A stretch of 64,000 bases of DNA from Candidatus Borrarchaeum weybense (GCA_019057385.1 JAHQJS010000005.1:1-64000); one strand, 5' to 3'. Shown: positions 48,102 through 59,581, numbered from the stretch's first letter. Notes: generated from the letters alone by a model not told the origin. Translations and numbers: made by a program.

Positions 48102-48371
48102 TTATTTTCCAATGATTATTTCCATTGCACTTACGTTCCTTGTGCCTTCAGATGTGTTTATTTGTTCTGTGCTAATCCTTATATCTTTGACGCCCACTTC
48201 TGGCATGAAACGTTTTCTTAAGATTTCAGCTACATCAACTGCTCTGCTAATTGCACGGCCTCTAGCCTTTATGGTAATATCGCCTGCGCCTCGGTTTAAC
48301 TGAGTAACACATGCAAGGACATAGTTCATCACTGGTTTATGACCTACGAACACAGTGTTTTCATCTGCCAT
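48102..48371 (-). CDS. albA: DNA/RNA-binding chromatin protein Alba
   Basis: [35 protein letters not shown]. Confidence 0.97.
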   Translation of the reverse strand: MADENTVFVGHKPVMNYVLACVTQLNRGAGDITIKARGRAISRAVDVAEILRKRFMPEVGVKDIRISTEQINTSEGTRNVSAMEIIIGK

Positions 48372-48462
48372 ACTTACACCCCTTGAATTGGTTTCTGTCA
48401 TATCTGATACCTAAGCTCGAAAGGCTCTATAGATAAGAAATTCGGGTCGTTATAGATATACT

Positions 48463-50799
48463 TCATTTAAATGCTTTGTCTTTAGTCAGTTTTGATGCTC
48501 CAGCAATTGCTTGTCCTATAGAGATACCTCCATCTCCTGGAGGAATACGCTTATGTTGTACAAATCTAAGATTGCCTTGAGTGACATTTTCCTTAATAGT
48601 TCTCACTATAAAATCGTTATAAGCGACTCCTCCGCTAACACCAATCACATCAATTCCTGTTTCCTTTGCAATCTCAACCGCTATGTCAGATAGACCTTTT
48701 GCGATAGCATATTGTGCAGTGCTGGCTATGCTTTTTGTTGCGATCCCTTTTTCTTTCAGTTTCAGTAAATCTAGAAGAATTGTTGAGGTATCTAAAAAGG
48801 TTCTTCCCTTCCTATGTTGAATATAATCTTCGATAGAGAGTTTTATTGGTTTCCCTTCCCGTGCAATGGCTTCTAATCTAATAGCAGGTTCTCCTTCATA
48901 AGATCGAAATTGACAAATGTCTAAAAGCGCAGAAACTGCATCAAGAAAACGCCCTGCGCTAGTAGTCATAGGTGTATTAATATTTTGTTCCAATTGTTTC
49001 AACATAACATCTATTTCTTGTTCTCCATGTTTAAATCCTTGAATGCAATACGTTTTCAGAAGATTTCGAACACCATCTTCACCAATTTCACTGTATAAAG
49101 AACCTCCTAGCATTCTGCACGGATAGTATGTGGATATATCCCCTCCTGGCATCGGTTGCGGCATTAGACTTCCAGGTCTTGTAAATGATCTTAGATCACC
49201 TTCAAGAATTTCTCCTCCCCAAGACTGTTCATCAAAGGCTCCATACCCAAATCCATCAATTGCAATAAGAATTATAGGTTCAGATATTTTCATATCTACC
49301 ATAAGTGCCTTAAGATGGGCATCATGATGCTGAACTGGAATTAATTCACAATTAAATTCAGATGATAGTTCTTTTGCATATCTAGTTGTTAGAAAATTAG
49401 GATGCAGATCACAACATACGACATCTATGTTCTCAGGAATAAGCAGATTCAAAAAGTGATTAGTCGTCTTTCTTAAAGCGTTTAATGTTGTTAGATTGTC
49501 TACATCCCCTATATGCTGAGATATGAATGCTTTGTCGGACTTAATGATTGTTGCTGTAACATTCGTTTCAGGTCCTACACCAATAGCGTTTATGTCCTTA
49601 AAGGGGAGAGATATATATTCCGGGACATATCCTCTGCTTCTTCTAAGAAATGTTTCATTCTGTGCAACAATTTTCACAACAGAATCATCGTTTCTTTGAA
49701 AGATCTGTCTATTATGAAGTAAAAAGTAGTCAACAATATTCCCTAATTTACCAATGGCCTTTTCATTTTGAATGAACATCGGCTCGCTAGGCTGATTTGC
49801 ACTTGTCATAACGAGAGCCAATTCATCTAAATGTTTGAAGAGCAAATAATGAATCCCTGAATAAGGTAGCATTACACCAATTGTATCAAGACCAGGGGAT
49901 ATTTCTTCAGGTAAAACAGAAGGTGTTCTTTTCTTAAGCACTACTATAGGTCTCTGATAAGATGAAAGTAATTTCCGTTCTAGAGATGTTGGAATAGTAA
50001 ATTTCTCAAGGGTAGTCAGATTGGCGCTCATAACGGCAAAAGGTTTATTTGATTTTTTTCTACGTTTTCTGAGTTTAAGAACAGGCTCATCTTCGCTTGT
50101 TTTAACTGCAAGATGAATACCACCAATTCCTTTGATAGCTAGAACATATCCTTCAGAAATAAGACGAGCAGCAACTTCTATTGAATCTTTAACTTCTATT
50201 AATGTACCATTCTTACCATATAAACTAACACGCGGTCCGCAGATTGGACATGCCATTGTCTGTGCATTTAGCCATCTCGTTGTAGGATCTGTGAATTCTT
50301 TAACACAAGATTTGCAAAGAGGGAACTCCTTCATTGAAGTTCTTTCTCTATCATAGGGTAAACTCTCAATAACACTAAATCTAGGGCCGCAATTTGTACA
50401 ACTAATTAAAGGATAATTATAGCGACGCGAATTTTTGTCAAAAATATCCTTTCGACAGTCATTACACATCGCAATATCTGGTGGAAAGACAGCACCCTTT
50501 GGTGATCCTTTCTTCTTACTGCTTCTCCTTATAATAAATGAATCAAAATCTCCAACAAAAGACGTCCATTTTATTTTGAGACTTTCAATTCTCGAAAGAG
50601 CAGGTTTTTCTTTTTCTACTGCATCACAGAAAAAGTCAATTCTTTCTTTTTCTCCCTCAACAACGATTTCAACCCCTGCATCACCTAGGTTCAAAACATA
50701 TCCCTTCAAACCTAATCTGTGTGCTAATCGATAAATAAATGGTCGAAACCCAATTCCCTGCACAACGCCTGTAACGTGTAATTTTGCTCTTTTCTTCAA
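48463..50799 (-). CDS. hypF: [NiFe]-hydrogenase maturation carbamoyltransferase HypF
   Basis: GVVQGIGFRPF acylphosphatase domain, CTNCGPR Zn fingers, KGIGG, QHH.AH, PPGDGGISIGQ. Confidence 0.97.
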   Translation of the reverse strand: MKKRAKLHVTGVVQGIGFRPFIYRLAHRLGLKGYVLNLGDAGVEIVVEGEKERIDFFCDAVEKEKPALSRIESLKIKWTSFVGDFDSFIIRRSSKKKGSPKGAVFPPDIAMCNDCRKDIFDKNSRRYNYPLISCTNCGPRFSVIESLPYDRERTSMKEFPLCKSCVKEFTDPTTRWLNAQTMACPICGPRVSLYGKNGTLIEVKDSIEVAARLISEGYVLAIKGIGGIHLAVKTSEDEPVLKLRKRRKKSNKPFAVMSANLTTLEKFTIPTSLERKLLSSYQRPIVVLKKRTPSVLPEEISPGLDTIGVMLPYSGIHYLLFKHLDELALVMTSANQPSEPMFIQNEKAIGKLGNIVDYFLLHNRQIFQRNDDSVVKIVAQNETFLRRSRGYVPEYISLPFKDINAIGVGPETNVTATIIKSDKAFISQHIGDVDNLTTLNALRKTTNHFLNLLIPENIDVVCCDLHPNFLTTRYAKELSSEFNCELIPVQHHDAHLKALMVDMKISEPIILIAIDGFGYGAFDEQSWGGEILEGDLRSFTRPGSLMPQPMPGGDISTYYPCRMLGGSLYSEIGEDGVRNLLKTYCIQGFKHGEQEIDVMLKQLEQNINTPMTTSAGRFLDAVSALLDICQFRSYEGEPAIRLEAIAREGKPIKLSIEDYIQHRKGRTFLDTSTILLDLLKLKEKGIATKSIASTAQYAIAKGLSDIAVEIAKETGIDVIGVSGGVAYNDFIVRTIKENVTQGNLRFVQHKRIPPGDGGISIGQAIAGASKLTKDKAFK

Positions 50800-51112
50800 T
50801 GAATTCTCCTCAATCGCAGACTTTCTTAGATATTCTTGAAATCCATTATTACTCAGAGAAGTAAATGCCTTTTTTGAACTATTACAAAAAGGAATTCATA
50901 AAGAAATTGATTTGGACATGATTTCAGCATACAACTAAAATTTCTTTGAATTAAAAACAGATTAGAATGAAAGCAATTTAAATAATTATTCAATTTCAAG
51001 GGATTCCATCTTGAAGAAGAACGGAATATTGCTTATTTTTTCATTAGAAACCTATGGTTCTGTCATCTCGTAAATAGAAAATTAAGTGACAAAAATCAGA
51101 AGACCTACAAGA

Positions 51113-51850
51113 CTATGTTGTTTTAATAGAAAGACGTGAAACTTTTTCAGAGATGTCTCGCATCTCCTCTTTGATTTCTTCTATTCTGCCAGTTTCAATA
51201 TATGGCTCGGTCATCCAAACAACCCACAAGTAAGTTGAAAGCACACTTATAGGAGGAAGAGGGGCATTTATTTCATTACAGATCGTTTCCTTGACGAAAA
51301 GTTCATTTTCATACATCTGTACGATCTCTCGGGCATGGATAGAAAGCTCATCGACAAGTTTACTTACGTTAAAATGCTCCTCTGTATTAGTAATAAATTC
51401 TACAATTAGTTGACAGAATTCCACATACTCTTTGAATATTTCTCCATTTGTTAGAAGGTGTTTTACAGTTCCATTATAGATCTTAATAAATTCTTCTCCA
51501 ATTCTATTGCTCTTTTCTAACATTGACAATATAGTTGCTTCGAACTCACCTAATTCTTTTTCTAATTCCTTAAACTCCTTTACTATTGTTTTAAATCTAG
51601 GGAGGCTCTTTTTCAATTTGAGCATCGCATCTTCCATATTTTTTACAAGTTTTTGCCCTACTTTTTCACCAATATTTTCAAAATTCTTTAATTTACCAAG
51701 CGATCCCTTCTTTAGGTGCACCAATTTTGCCGCTATATTTTGTAGCTGGCTAATTACTTTCCAAGATTGTGATTGGATGTGATTCCAATGCCTTATCGAA
51801 TTTTCAAGTGTATTAAGAAGTATTGTTGGAAAGCTGTTTATATCTTCCAT
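51113..51850 (-). CDS. CINP / C1orf109-like helical protein
   Basis: C-terminal 'MYENELFVKETICNEI...LSTYLWVVWMTEPYIE' parallels the recalled CINP motif 'MY.KEL.LK..V..EL...LSYLSMWLHQPYVE'. Confidence 0.65.
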   Translation of the reverse strand: MEDINSFPTILLNTLENSIRHWNHIQSQSWKVISQLQNIAAKLVHLKKGSLGKLKNFENIGEKVGQKLVKNMEDAMLKLKKSLPRFKTIVKEFKELEKELGEFEATILSMLEKSNRIGEEFIKIYNGTVKHLLTNGEIFKEYVEFCQLIVEFITNTEEHFNVSKLVDELSIHAREIVQMYENELFVKETICNEINAPLPPISVLSTYLWVVWMTEPYIETGRIEEIKEEMRDISEKVSRLSIKTT

Positions 51851-51985
51851 TCTACCACTACATAAGATATATGGATGTAATTCCTAAAAAAGATTTTGTT
51901 GAATGTATAGCGTTATATGATATGGTAGTGTAACGTAATAAACCAAACCTTAAGAATTAGTGATTTTGAACAATTCTTCAGATCT

Positions 51986-53056
51986 TTAAAGAAGTTCATT
52001 ATTAAAACCAATTCCATTGCAAGTTATCTCAACTTGACGATTACTTCCCTCCTTTACTGAAAAAGATGCGCTTGTTAATTGTTTGCATATCTCTATCGCA
52101 GTTTTTGTATGCAATGTAAATTTATTGGTAATGATTTTGGATGATCCTTCTGCAAGTGCCATATAAATTATTAGTTGGTCTGCGAGGAAAGGATCTACTG
52201 GACTGTCTGCGTTAACTATTTCTAACAATTTTCGTGCTGCTTCACGTCCCACAACTTCAGCAGGTTTTCCTTTCTCTCCGATTGCATCTGAACCGATAAT
52301 TGCACCAGCACTTGTCTTTGCCCATAGTGTAATACCACTTCCTGGGGAGAGACTGTCCATTATCTGTTTTGCAGTTATTTCTATGTTTTGATAACCTGCA
52401 TCTTTCACTTCTGAAATAGCAGCCTTCTTTTGGCGTATTGCAACATGTTCTGGTAATTTTGCACAGTAGGATGTTCCGCCAATATTTTCGATTTTTCCAA
52501 TATTGTCTAGTATGATTGGTTTTAGCTTCTTGCTGGGATCTATTTTAGCCTCGATTATTCCTCCACCTTTTGGATAAAATCCGTGCTTTTTTATTTCAAT
52601 TTGTGTACGAATGCCTGTCTTTTTGAGGATAGGTAATAAAACATTCTGAATAGATGGTGTTGGTGGTGACCATCTTACAGTTGTACCGCCTATCAACTTA
52701 AGATTCACTTGTTCCGAAGTAAAAATTGCAACTGGCATTAATACTTGCAGTAAGAGTGTCACACTTCCTGCTGTTCTTACATCTACTGTATAATATCCCC
52801 CTTTTCGTGTTGTAGGTAAAAATTCAATTTCCTTAGATCCAATATTTAAGCCTCTTACAGAGGCATTAGTCAAGTCTGCTAGTGCTTTTAGCCCGGTTAA
52901 ATGTTGTGCTTTTAAACCTGGCGTTGATCTTTTTCCCCTGATATTGATAATCTCAACAGGAATCCCTGTTATTCCTGAAAGAGCGGCAGCAATTCGTAAA
53001 ATCTGGCCTCCTCCTTCGAGGATTTCGCCGTCGATTTTTACAAACCCTTGAGTCAA
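51986..53056 (-). CDS. rtcA: RNA 3'-terminal phosphate cyclase
   Basis: EGGGQILR, IR..R..PGL..QH, GFYPKGGG, DQLI, TLHT. Confidence 0.95.
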   Translation of the reverse strand: MTQGFVKIDGEILEGGGQILRIAAALSGITGIPVEIINIRGKRSTPGLKAQHLTGLKALADLTNASVRGLNIGSKEIEFLPTTRKGGYYTVDVRTAGSVTLLLQVLMPVAIFTSEQVNLKLIGGTTVRWSPPTPSIQNVLLPILKKTGIRTQIEIKKHGFYPKGGGIIEAKIDPSKKLKPIILDNIGKIENIGGTSYCAKLPEHVAIRQKKAAISEVKDAGYQNIEITAKQIMDSLSPGSGITLWAKTSAGAIIGSDAIGEKGKPAEVVGREAARKLLEIVNADSPVDPFLADQLIIYMALAEGSSKIITNKFTLHTKTAIEICKQLTSASFSVKEGSNRQVEITCNGIGFNNELL

Positions 53057-53259
53057 GTGATTCGCCCTTCATTTCATTCAGTTTGGTTTTATTGAGTTTT
53101 GTTCAGAACATTCAAAGAATAAATAAAGTACTCAATTGAATCTTAGATCTTTTAAGATAAAAGTAAGCCTCTAAGAACCATTTCGCCTCTTTAATCTGAG
53201 TATTTGTACGTTATTTTTTTGAATTAAATAAATAAATCTTCACAAATCTCCCATCTAAA

Positions 53260-53631
53260 TCAAATCAAGAATATTAAAAATTGAAATAATGTTCCTAAAA
53301 CGAAGACCAATATGCTTAGTATTAGATATGGGAAAATCCAAGGTGAGACCTGGCTAATGACGAGGCCTATGACTATACTGAAAGCAAATGAGCAGATTGG
53401 TAATATTATAACGGAGGAAGGGGTTATAGACAACAACAGTTCGTTGAGGATAATAATCAAGAAAAGAATAACTACGCTATAAGTATTATCAATTCCTAAT
53501 TTAATACAATGAGTGAATAGCGGAACATACACAATAAAAATAAGCAGGCCGTGGAGCAACATCCCTAGCAGTGAGTTAAGATACCTAATAAACTGCCAAC
53601 CTCCAAATATTAACCATTGCTTCTTCTTCAC
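53260..53631 (-). CDS. Hypothetical membrane protein (about 4 TMs)
   Basis: Hydrophobic 123-aa ORF; start uncertain. Confidence 0.4.
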   Translation of the reverse strand: MKKKQWLIFGGWQFIRYLNSLLGMLLHGLLIFIVYVPLFTHCIKLGIDNTYSVVILFLIIILNELLLSITPSSVIILPICSFAFSIVIGLVISQVSPWIFPYLILSILVFVLGTLFQFLIFLI

Positions 53632-54245
53632 CTTGGTTCATAAACTCCGCGCAAAAATACAATATTTGTGACTAAAAGCTAATGCATCTGATATACAGCA
53701 TCTTAGAGAGTTTATGGATGTGCCCCATCCCCCATAACGATAGTACACTACTGGATGGATATTTTTTTTCTTATATAAGAAATAAATCTTGATAATTTTT
53801 AGAAACAGTTCTCACAAATGTTTCCATTTCTCTTTTTCTACTGTTTTCTACTTGACTTTAAATACTTTCGATAGAGTCTCCAATAATTGATATCGTCTTT
53901 AAAGAAAGAACTTTTTCACTTAAAAATAACTTTTGTGGCAAAAAATTGCGTGGTCTTAATATATTTTTCTTATCAAAGAAAGAAGCTAAATAAGTTCTCC
54001 TAAAAGTACTTTCGCGGCTTTTTTAAATTATAATAAATCGTGGTCCTTAAATATTTCTTTTGAAACCTGTTAACAGCTTAATAGAACAATGATAAAAAAA
54101 CAGGAGGACATATTAATGGATCCAGGTGGAAATTGGCCTTGGTAGTTACCTCTAAGAATCCCTTCTCAAATTCTTTTTTTCAAACATCAATTTTTAACAG
54201 ATTCTCTGTTGAAACGATAAGGTAAAGAGTATTTTAACACAATCA

Positions 54246-57200
54246 TCAGACTAGTTTTTTTGCTGCTTTCTCAAACATATCCACATTATTTAGATCTATT
54301 TGGAGATTGGATTGCACAATTTTTTCTAGTCTTTTATCAGCACATTTCTTATCGTTTTTTAACGTATATGGCATACGAGATATTTGCCTCCTTGTCAAAG
54401 GAACATCTGCAGCTATCTCCAGTGCTTTTGAAACACATTTTTCCCCATAATTATCTTCTATTTGTTGGAACAAATCATATCCTAATTCATAAGGATTGAT
54501 TGATTGCCCATATTTTAGGGTGAAATATTCATGATCAACATTCAGGTTTTTAGTATCAGATATTCTGTTTTTAATCGACTTTATTTCATTTAAAACCTGC
54601 TGAGAGAATTCTTGATTTTTTTTAGGAGTTCTTTCGAGTATTTTTTCGAGAGTTTTCAATACAAGCCATACTGCAAAACCCTCATTGACTATCAATGTAG
54701 AAACGCTAAACCATTGAACTCCAATTGCATATTTATCTGATATTTTCTCCAATTCTTTCGTTAACAATCCAATTCCTTTACGATGATATTCCAGTTCAAG
54801 AAGTTTTCTCCCTAATATTGTATTTTGATAAAAGAAACCATGACCGAACTTCTCATGGATGATAATGTTCAGAAGGCCGGCAATTGAGTCAGGATAAATA
54901 TATTTATTCATATCATAGAGGATATTCACGTCACCTAAAGGATCTACAAACGCCATTTGTTGTATTGGAATTCTTGAGACGTGTAATCTAGTTGATCGTC
55001 TTTTGTTTTTGTGCCCTTTATTATCATTAAAATTAAAATATTCTGAAAGAGTTTCACGAAACGAATTAAGGTTATGATAAACAATAGGAAATTTTCCTAC
55101 ATGAATTCCTAATTCATCCATAATATCCCATATTGTTTCGACTTTTTCTCTTATCTCATTTACGACACCAACTTTCAGTAAATTTTTAGGGAATACTTGT
55201 AGAGTGATTGGTGTAGCAAAAGCCCGATATTTCTCGTTTTTCATGGTGAAATAAAACAATTGTGGATGTTTTTTACTATAGAGTGGTTCAGTTACTCGAA
55301 CAAGGACTTCAATATTCATTGATTGCCCAGGAGAAAATAAACGATCAATTTTCATACCGCCGTTCTTTGCCATACGTATTCCTGAGATTATTTTTATGCC
55401 CTTTTTAGGAAATATGCCCTCAATATTGTTTACATGGACTGAAGTGTCGGAAGTGATTTGTATTTTATAAATGATTTTTTCATTTACCTCCACTTGTGTT
55501 TTGTCGACTGATACAACAAAATCTAAACCCCTTGGCTCCACCTTATTGGTAGTATCAAAAACCGGCGTATATGGAGTAAATGGTATTTCAACGAGTTTGA
55601 ATATATTTTCAGGTAATTCTTCTAGATGAGGGAGATTATTAAGTAAATCTCTTGTAAAACCATAACGTTCCATATCTTCGGCATCCTTGAAATAGTTGAG
55701 TGCACCAGTTAGTTCTTCTACCATATTATCCTTAAACTTGTCCTTTTCTATGGGATTATCATTTTTTTGAAATAATAGAGAATTGTAAATGTAACTAACT
55801 AACTTTTCGAACCCAAGAACGCTGCTATATGTTTTTTTAAACATTTTTAGCATTCTTGTTGCATCTATGAGTGATTGATGAGCGAGTTCATATTTCTTAT
55901 TTAATTCAGACAAATTAAGATCCACGCCACGACGCATTATTTCTAATGCGTACATCCATCCTTGACAAAAGGATTTCAATCCTTCACACAAATTCTTTAA
56001 TGCTTCATCAGACGATAAAACCTGTGATGCGGTTTCAAATTGATCGGTTGCACTCGCAAGATAAGATGCCGCATTCTTATACTCACTGTCTTTGAGTGCA
56101 ACTTCAGATTGTTCAAGTCCAAACAATCCATTAATAAAAGAATAATAACCTTCGATATGAATATCTCGATCTCTGAATTGCGACAAGAGTGTGTTTGCTT
56201 CTTTAAGTAGTTCAATTGCCTCTTGACTCTCACCAATATTACGACAGATTAATGATTGCAACATAAAAGATTGTGCAATGCAAAATGCTTTTGCTGCTTC
56301 AAAAAAAAGTTGTTGTAGATCATAGGCTCTCCTGTCAATGAAATATTGGAATTGTGTTTTGTAATATTCAATTTGATGTTCTAAGGTCTCTTCAAATAAA
56401 CGAGTGATCTTAGAAAGAATTTCAAGCGTTTTGTTATACTCTTCCTCTATAAATCGCATAGATGCCTCTTCAAAGAATGCATATGCATTATATAACAGTC
56501 CTTCATAGGAAAAAAATTCATTTAATTGCAAGAGTGAACTCGTTTTTTGATATAACTTCATAGCGTGTTCATAGTTTCCTTGAAGGTGTGATTCCTTAGC
56601 CTTCACACCCAATAATCGTGCTTGTAGGTATTTTTTTAGATCATGATAGTATGGATAATCCTTTCCAGCAAGAATTATCTTATCAGTGAGATTGTACCCT
56701 AATTCATAATGCTTTATGGACAAAGAATACTTCTGATAATCTTCTGCAATAATAGCGATTTTATATGCCTCAAAAAGCGCATCTTTGAACTCATCTGTTT
56801 CCAATGCAGATTTATAAGATTTAGTTGCGTATTTCACGCATTTTTTAAAATATGTCTGGTTTCGTTCCACTTTAGATAAATCAAAATAAATCGAAGAAAG
56901 ATCACGCCAAGTATAATATATGTGTGGTGACCACGTTACAGAAATTTTTTCATCCTCAAGTAGCAATTCTTCGGATTTCTTTAAAAATTCCAACTTCTGT
57001 GAACGTGAAGTCGCGAATGTAGCATTCATTTTGTATATTTCGTTAAGATAATGGTGCATTTCAACCTTATCGCGAGTACTTTCCATATTTGAAGACTCAT
57101 AAATATATTTCATTCTTTCTGCGGATTTCATCGCTTTATTTATGTAATTTTTGAACTTATCTTCTTTCACAACCTCAAAATAGACGATAGAGGTGTATAC

Positions 57201-58157
57201 TTTGGTTTTCAGTTCATATTTATAGAAATGCAGATGTGGCAGAAAGATTAGTTTTTCATATTTGTCTAGGTTATAGCAATCTTCTAAAATTTCATCAAAC
57301 ATTTCTTTTTTTCGTTCGCTTACTCCTGCAGCATAGATTATACGTAGTAGTTTCAATCTGGACTTATTTAGTAAAGCCAAATAATCAAATTCAAATGATC
57401 CATGAGCTTCAGCGATTTCGGCCAGAATATCATAAAGGTACATGAAACCGATAAAATCTTCTTCTGTGGTAGCCTTATCTCCTCTTAACATTATTTGTGG
57501 CAATTGTTCAGCATAAGCAAAAATATATGCTGATAAAATATGTGCATCTCTATTTCTTGTATTCTTACTTAATTTTACCGCCTTATGTGCTAGTTTTATT
57601 ACATTCTCAACTATGTTATGCCGTTGTTCAAAGTTCATTTCTCTAGATTTAGAAATAAGCTGAAAAATTAGGCCCTGAGTATACCAAACACACCCTAAAG
57701 AATGATAGTCATCATATTCAACAGATGATTCAAGTTTTTGAAACTTAGTTACGTTATCGATAATGATCTCACCTAAGTTTAAGATATCGTTAATAGAAGC
57801 GTCTTCCTCTTTGTATTTCATCGTATGATATTTTATAAAACACTCTAGATGATATGATCGCAAAATTTGTCTTATCAAGTACTCTTTTTCTGCGAGACTT
57901 CTCGCTTTATAGACTAGTTCAAGTGCTCGATCGTATTGTTGCATACGACTGTTATTATTTTCAATCAATAAACAGTATTCCATAATTACTTCAGCTAAAT
58001 TCAAAACAATGACAGGATCTTTCATTTTTTGAAGTTTTTCTAATTGCACCACGATTTCATCTATTTTCTCTATTCTTTCATTCAAAGTCTTTAGTTTGAA
58101 ATAAATCTCCATCTCATCTTCAAAGTTCATTTCTTTTCGCCTGAAAAGATCTATCAT
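54246..58157 (-). CDS. Large cytoplasmic alpha-solenoid (TPR-like) protein with Ig-like domain and C-terminal zincin metallopeptidase-like domain
   Basis: About 850 aa of helical repeats; beta-rich 'VSVDKTQVEVNE.I.Y.I.I' domain; HEKFGH, VNEGFA and NPYELG motifs. Confidence 0.65.
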   Translation of the reverse strand: MIDLFRRKEMNFEDEMEIYFKLKTLNERIEKIDEIVVQLEKLQKMKDPVIVLNLAEVIMEYCLLIENNNSRMQQYDRALELVYKARSLAEKEYLIRQILRSYHLECFIKYHTMKYKEEDASINDILNLGEIIIDNVTKFQKLESSVEYDDYHSLGCVWYTQGLIFQLISKSREMNFEQRHNIVENVIKLAHKAVKLSKNTRNRDAHILSAYIFAYAEQLPQIMLRGDKATTEEDFIGFMYLYDILAEIAEAHGSFEFDYLALLNKSRLKLLRIIYAAGVSERKKEMFDEILEDCYNLDKYEKLIFLPHLHFYKYELKTKVYTSIVYFEVVKEDKFKNYINKAMKSAERMKYIYESSNMESTRDKVEMHHYLNEIYKMNATFATSRSQKLEFLKKSEELLLEDEKISVTWSPHIYYTWRDLSSIYFDLSKVERNQTYFKKCVKYATKSYKSALETDEFKDALFEAYKIAIIAEDYQKYSLSIKHYELGYNLTDKIILAGKDYPYYHDLKKYLQARLLGVKAKESHLQGNYEHAMKLYQKTSSLLQLNEFFSYEGLLYNAYAFFEEASMRFIEEEYNKTLEILSKITRLFEETLEHQIEYYKTQFQYFIDRRAYDLQQLFFEAAKAFCIAQSFMLQSLICRNIGESQEAIELLKEANTLLSQFRDRDIHIEGYYSFINGLFGLEQSEVALKDSEYKNAASYLASATDQFETASQVLSSDEALKNLCEGLKSFCQGWMYALEIMRRGVDLNLSELNKKYELAHQSLIDATRMLKMFKKTYSSVLGFEKLVSYIYNSLLFQKNDNPIEKDKFKDNMVEELTGALNYFKDAEDMERYGFTRDLLNNLPHLEELPENIFKLVEIPFTPYTPVFDTTNKVEPRGLDFVVSVDKTQVEVNEKIIYKIQITSDTSVHVNNIEGIFPKKGIKIISGIRMAKNGGMKIDRLFSPGQSMNIEVLVRVTEPLYSKKHPQLFYFTMKNEKYRAFATPITLQVFPKNLLKVGVVNEIREKVETIWDIMDELGIHVGKFPIVYHNLNSFRETLSEYFNFNDNKGHKNKRRSTRLHVSRIPIQQMAFVDPLGDVNILYDMNKYIYPDSIAGLLNIIIHEKFGHGFFYQNTILGRKLLELEYHRKGIGLLTKELEKISDKYAIGVQWFSVSTLIVNEGFAVWLVLKTLEKILERTPKKNQEFSQQVLNEIKSIKNRISDTKNLNVDHEYFTLKYGQSINPYELGYDLFQQIEDNYGEKCVSKALEIAADVPLTRRQISRMPYTLKNDKKCADKRLEKIVQSNLQIDLNNVDMFEKAAKKLV

Positions 58158-58555
58158 TAATCAATCTTTGAAATTAGGTTGATATTATCAAATTCGATAT
58201 CACAATAACAAACAAAAAATTGAAATGTCTGAAAATTTAAATGTATAGTTAAAAATACTAATTCTAATCGAATCTTTGCTCTAAATTCTATTAAAAAAAC
58301 GTTTTTTTTCATAAAAAATGAAATTAAATAAACAGGTTTCTGTTGTTTTATCGAAATCATTAAAACACAGTACTTGAAATTGAGATCTAATTCCAGATTT
58401 GAAGACTTATATACATGCAGCTATAGATAACCCTAATGTGCCTTGACCTTAACCTCAATAAGAATCCATTTTGGAGTTCAATGATCTTGAGGGAGTTACA
58501 AGGCGCACATTTTTGTTTTACTTCACAATTAAATAGTTCCAAGAAAAATGTAAAA

Positions 58556-58592
58556 TAAGTAATTAAAGTATAAGTAATTAAAGTTTAAGTAA
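58556..58592 (+). repeat. 15-bp AT-rich tandem repeat, ~2.5 copies
   Basis: taagtaattaaagta / taagtaattaaagtt / taagtaa. Confidence 0.6.
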
Positions 58593-58636
58593 GAAATCAA
58601 AGAATAAAAACTCTAGTTAAAAAAGAGAGAAGAATA

Positions 58637-59581
58637 TTAAAGTGGTACTTCAAGGTTCATTTTAAGAACAAGTTCTTTATAGCGATTTCGGACTGTTACT
58701 TCTGTCACTCGTGCTACTTCAGCTACATCTCTTTGAGTTCTTCGTTCGTTCATTATAACTGAGGCAATGTAAATTGCCGCGGCAGCAACGCCAGTAGGTC
58801 CGCGACCCGATGTGAGCCCATTTTCGCTAGCCTTTTTTAGTATCTCGATGGCCTTAGCTTGTACCTCCCCAGGTAGTTTCAATGAACTAGTGAACCTTGG
58901 AACATAGTCTATTGGGTTTGTTGGAGGGATAGATATTTTTAATTCTCTTGCAATAAATCGATATGACCTGCCGATCTCTTTTTTACTTACTTTCGACACT
59001 TCTGCAATCTCATCAAGAGTACGACTCACTTTACATTGCCTACATGCTGCATATAACGCCGCAGCAGCAACACCTTCAATACTTCTCCCCCGTATTAGCC
59101 TTTGTTCTACTGCTTTACGATAGAGGCATGCAGCAATCTCTCGTACATTACGAGGAAGACCGAGATGAGACGACATTCGATCAAGTTCAGATAGTGCAAA
59201 AGCAAGATTTCGTTCAGTTGCATCTGATACGCGGATTCTTCGTTGCCATTTTCTTAAGCGGTAAATTTGGGCACGTTTTCCGGGAGCAAGATGTTTTCCG
59301 TAACTGTCTCTGTTTCTCCAATCGATCATCGTCGATAGTCCTTTGTCATGAATCGTATAAGTCATCGGGGCGCCTACTCTTGCGCGCTTTTCTTTTTGTT
59401 CGTGATCAAATGCACGCCATTCAGGCCCTGTATCCATAATTTTATCGCGAATGACCAAACCGCACTCTATACAAATCACTTCAGCTCTTTCATAATCCTT
59501 TATAAGTTTATGATTTCCACAATCTGGGCAACAACTAGAAGAAACAAAAAGATCACTTTCATCTTTTTCCGATAAGTGAAT
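58637..59581 (-). CDS. tfb: Transcription initiation factor IIB (probable ATT start)
   Basis: Zn ribbon CPDC...CIEC, GPEWRAF, HDKGLST, cyclin repeats 'RGRSIE', 'GRGP.G.AAA', '[10 protein letters not shown]'; frame open upstream of the track start 59479. Confidence 0.96.
   Translation of the reverse strand: MHLSEKDESDLFVSSSCCPDCGNHKLIKDYERAEVICIECGLVIRDKIMDTGPEWRAFDHEQKEKRARVGAPMTYTIHDKGLSTMIDWRNRDSYGKHLAPGKRAQIYRLRKWQRRIRVSDATERNLAFALSELDRMSSHLGLPRNVREIAACLYRKAVEQRLIRGRSIEGVAAAALYAACRQCKVSRTLDEIAEVSKVSKKEIGRSYRFIARELKISIPPTNPIDYVPRFTSSLKLPGEVQAKAIEILKKASENGLTSGRGPTGVAAAAIYIASVIMNERRTQRDVAEVARVTEVTVRNRYKELVLKMNLEVPL

Noticed and set aside
53945-54135. Paired cgtggtc(c)ttaa..attt repeats and a TCCAGGTGGAAAT mini-ORB-like word
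   Set aside because: Two short copies and one isolated word in AT-rich DNA are insufficient to assign function.
76-59575. Numerous short antisense or alternate-frame ORFs in the supplied track (e.g. 4914..5222, 42579..42932, 58963..59439)
   Set aside because: They are shadows of well-supported genes and have no independent coding signal.
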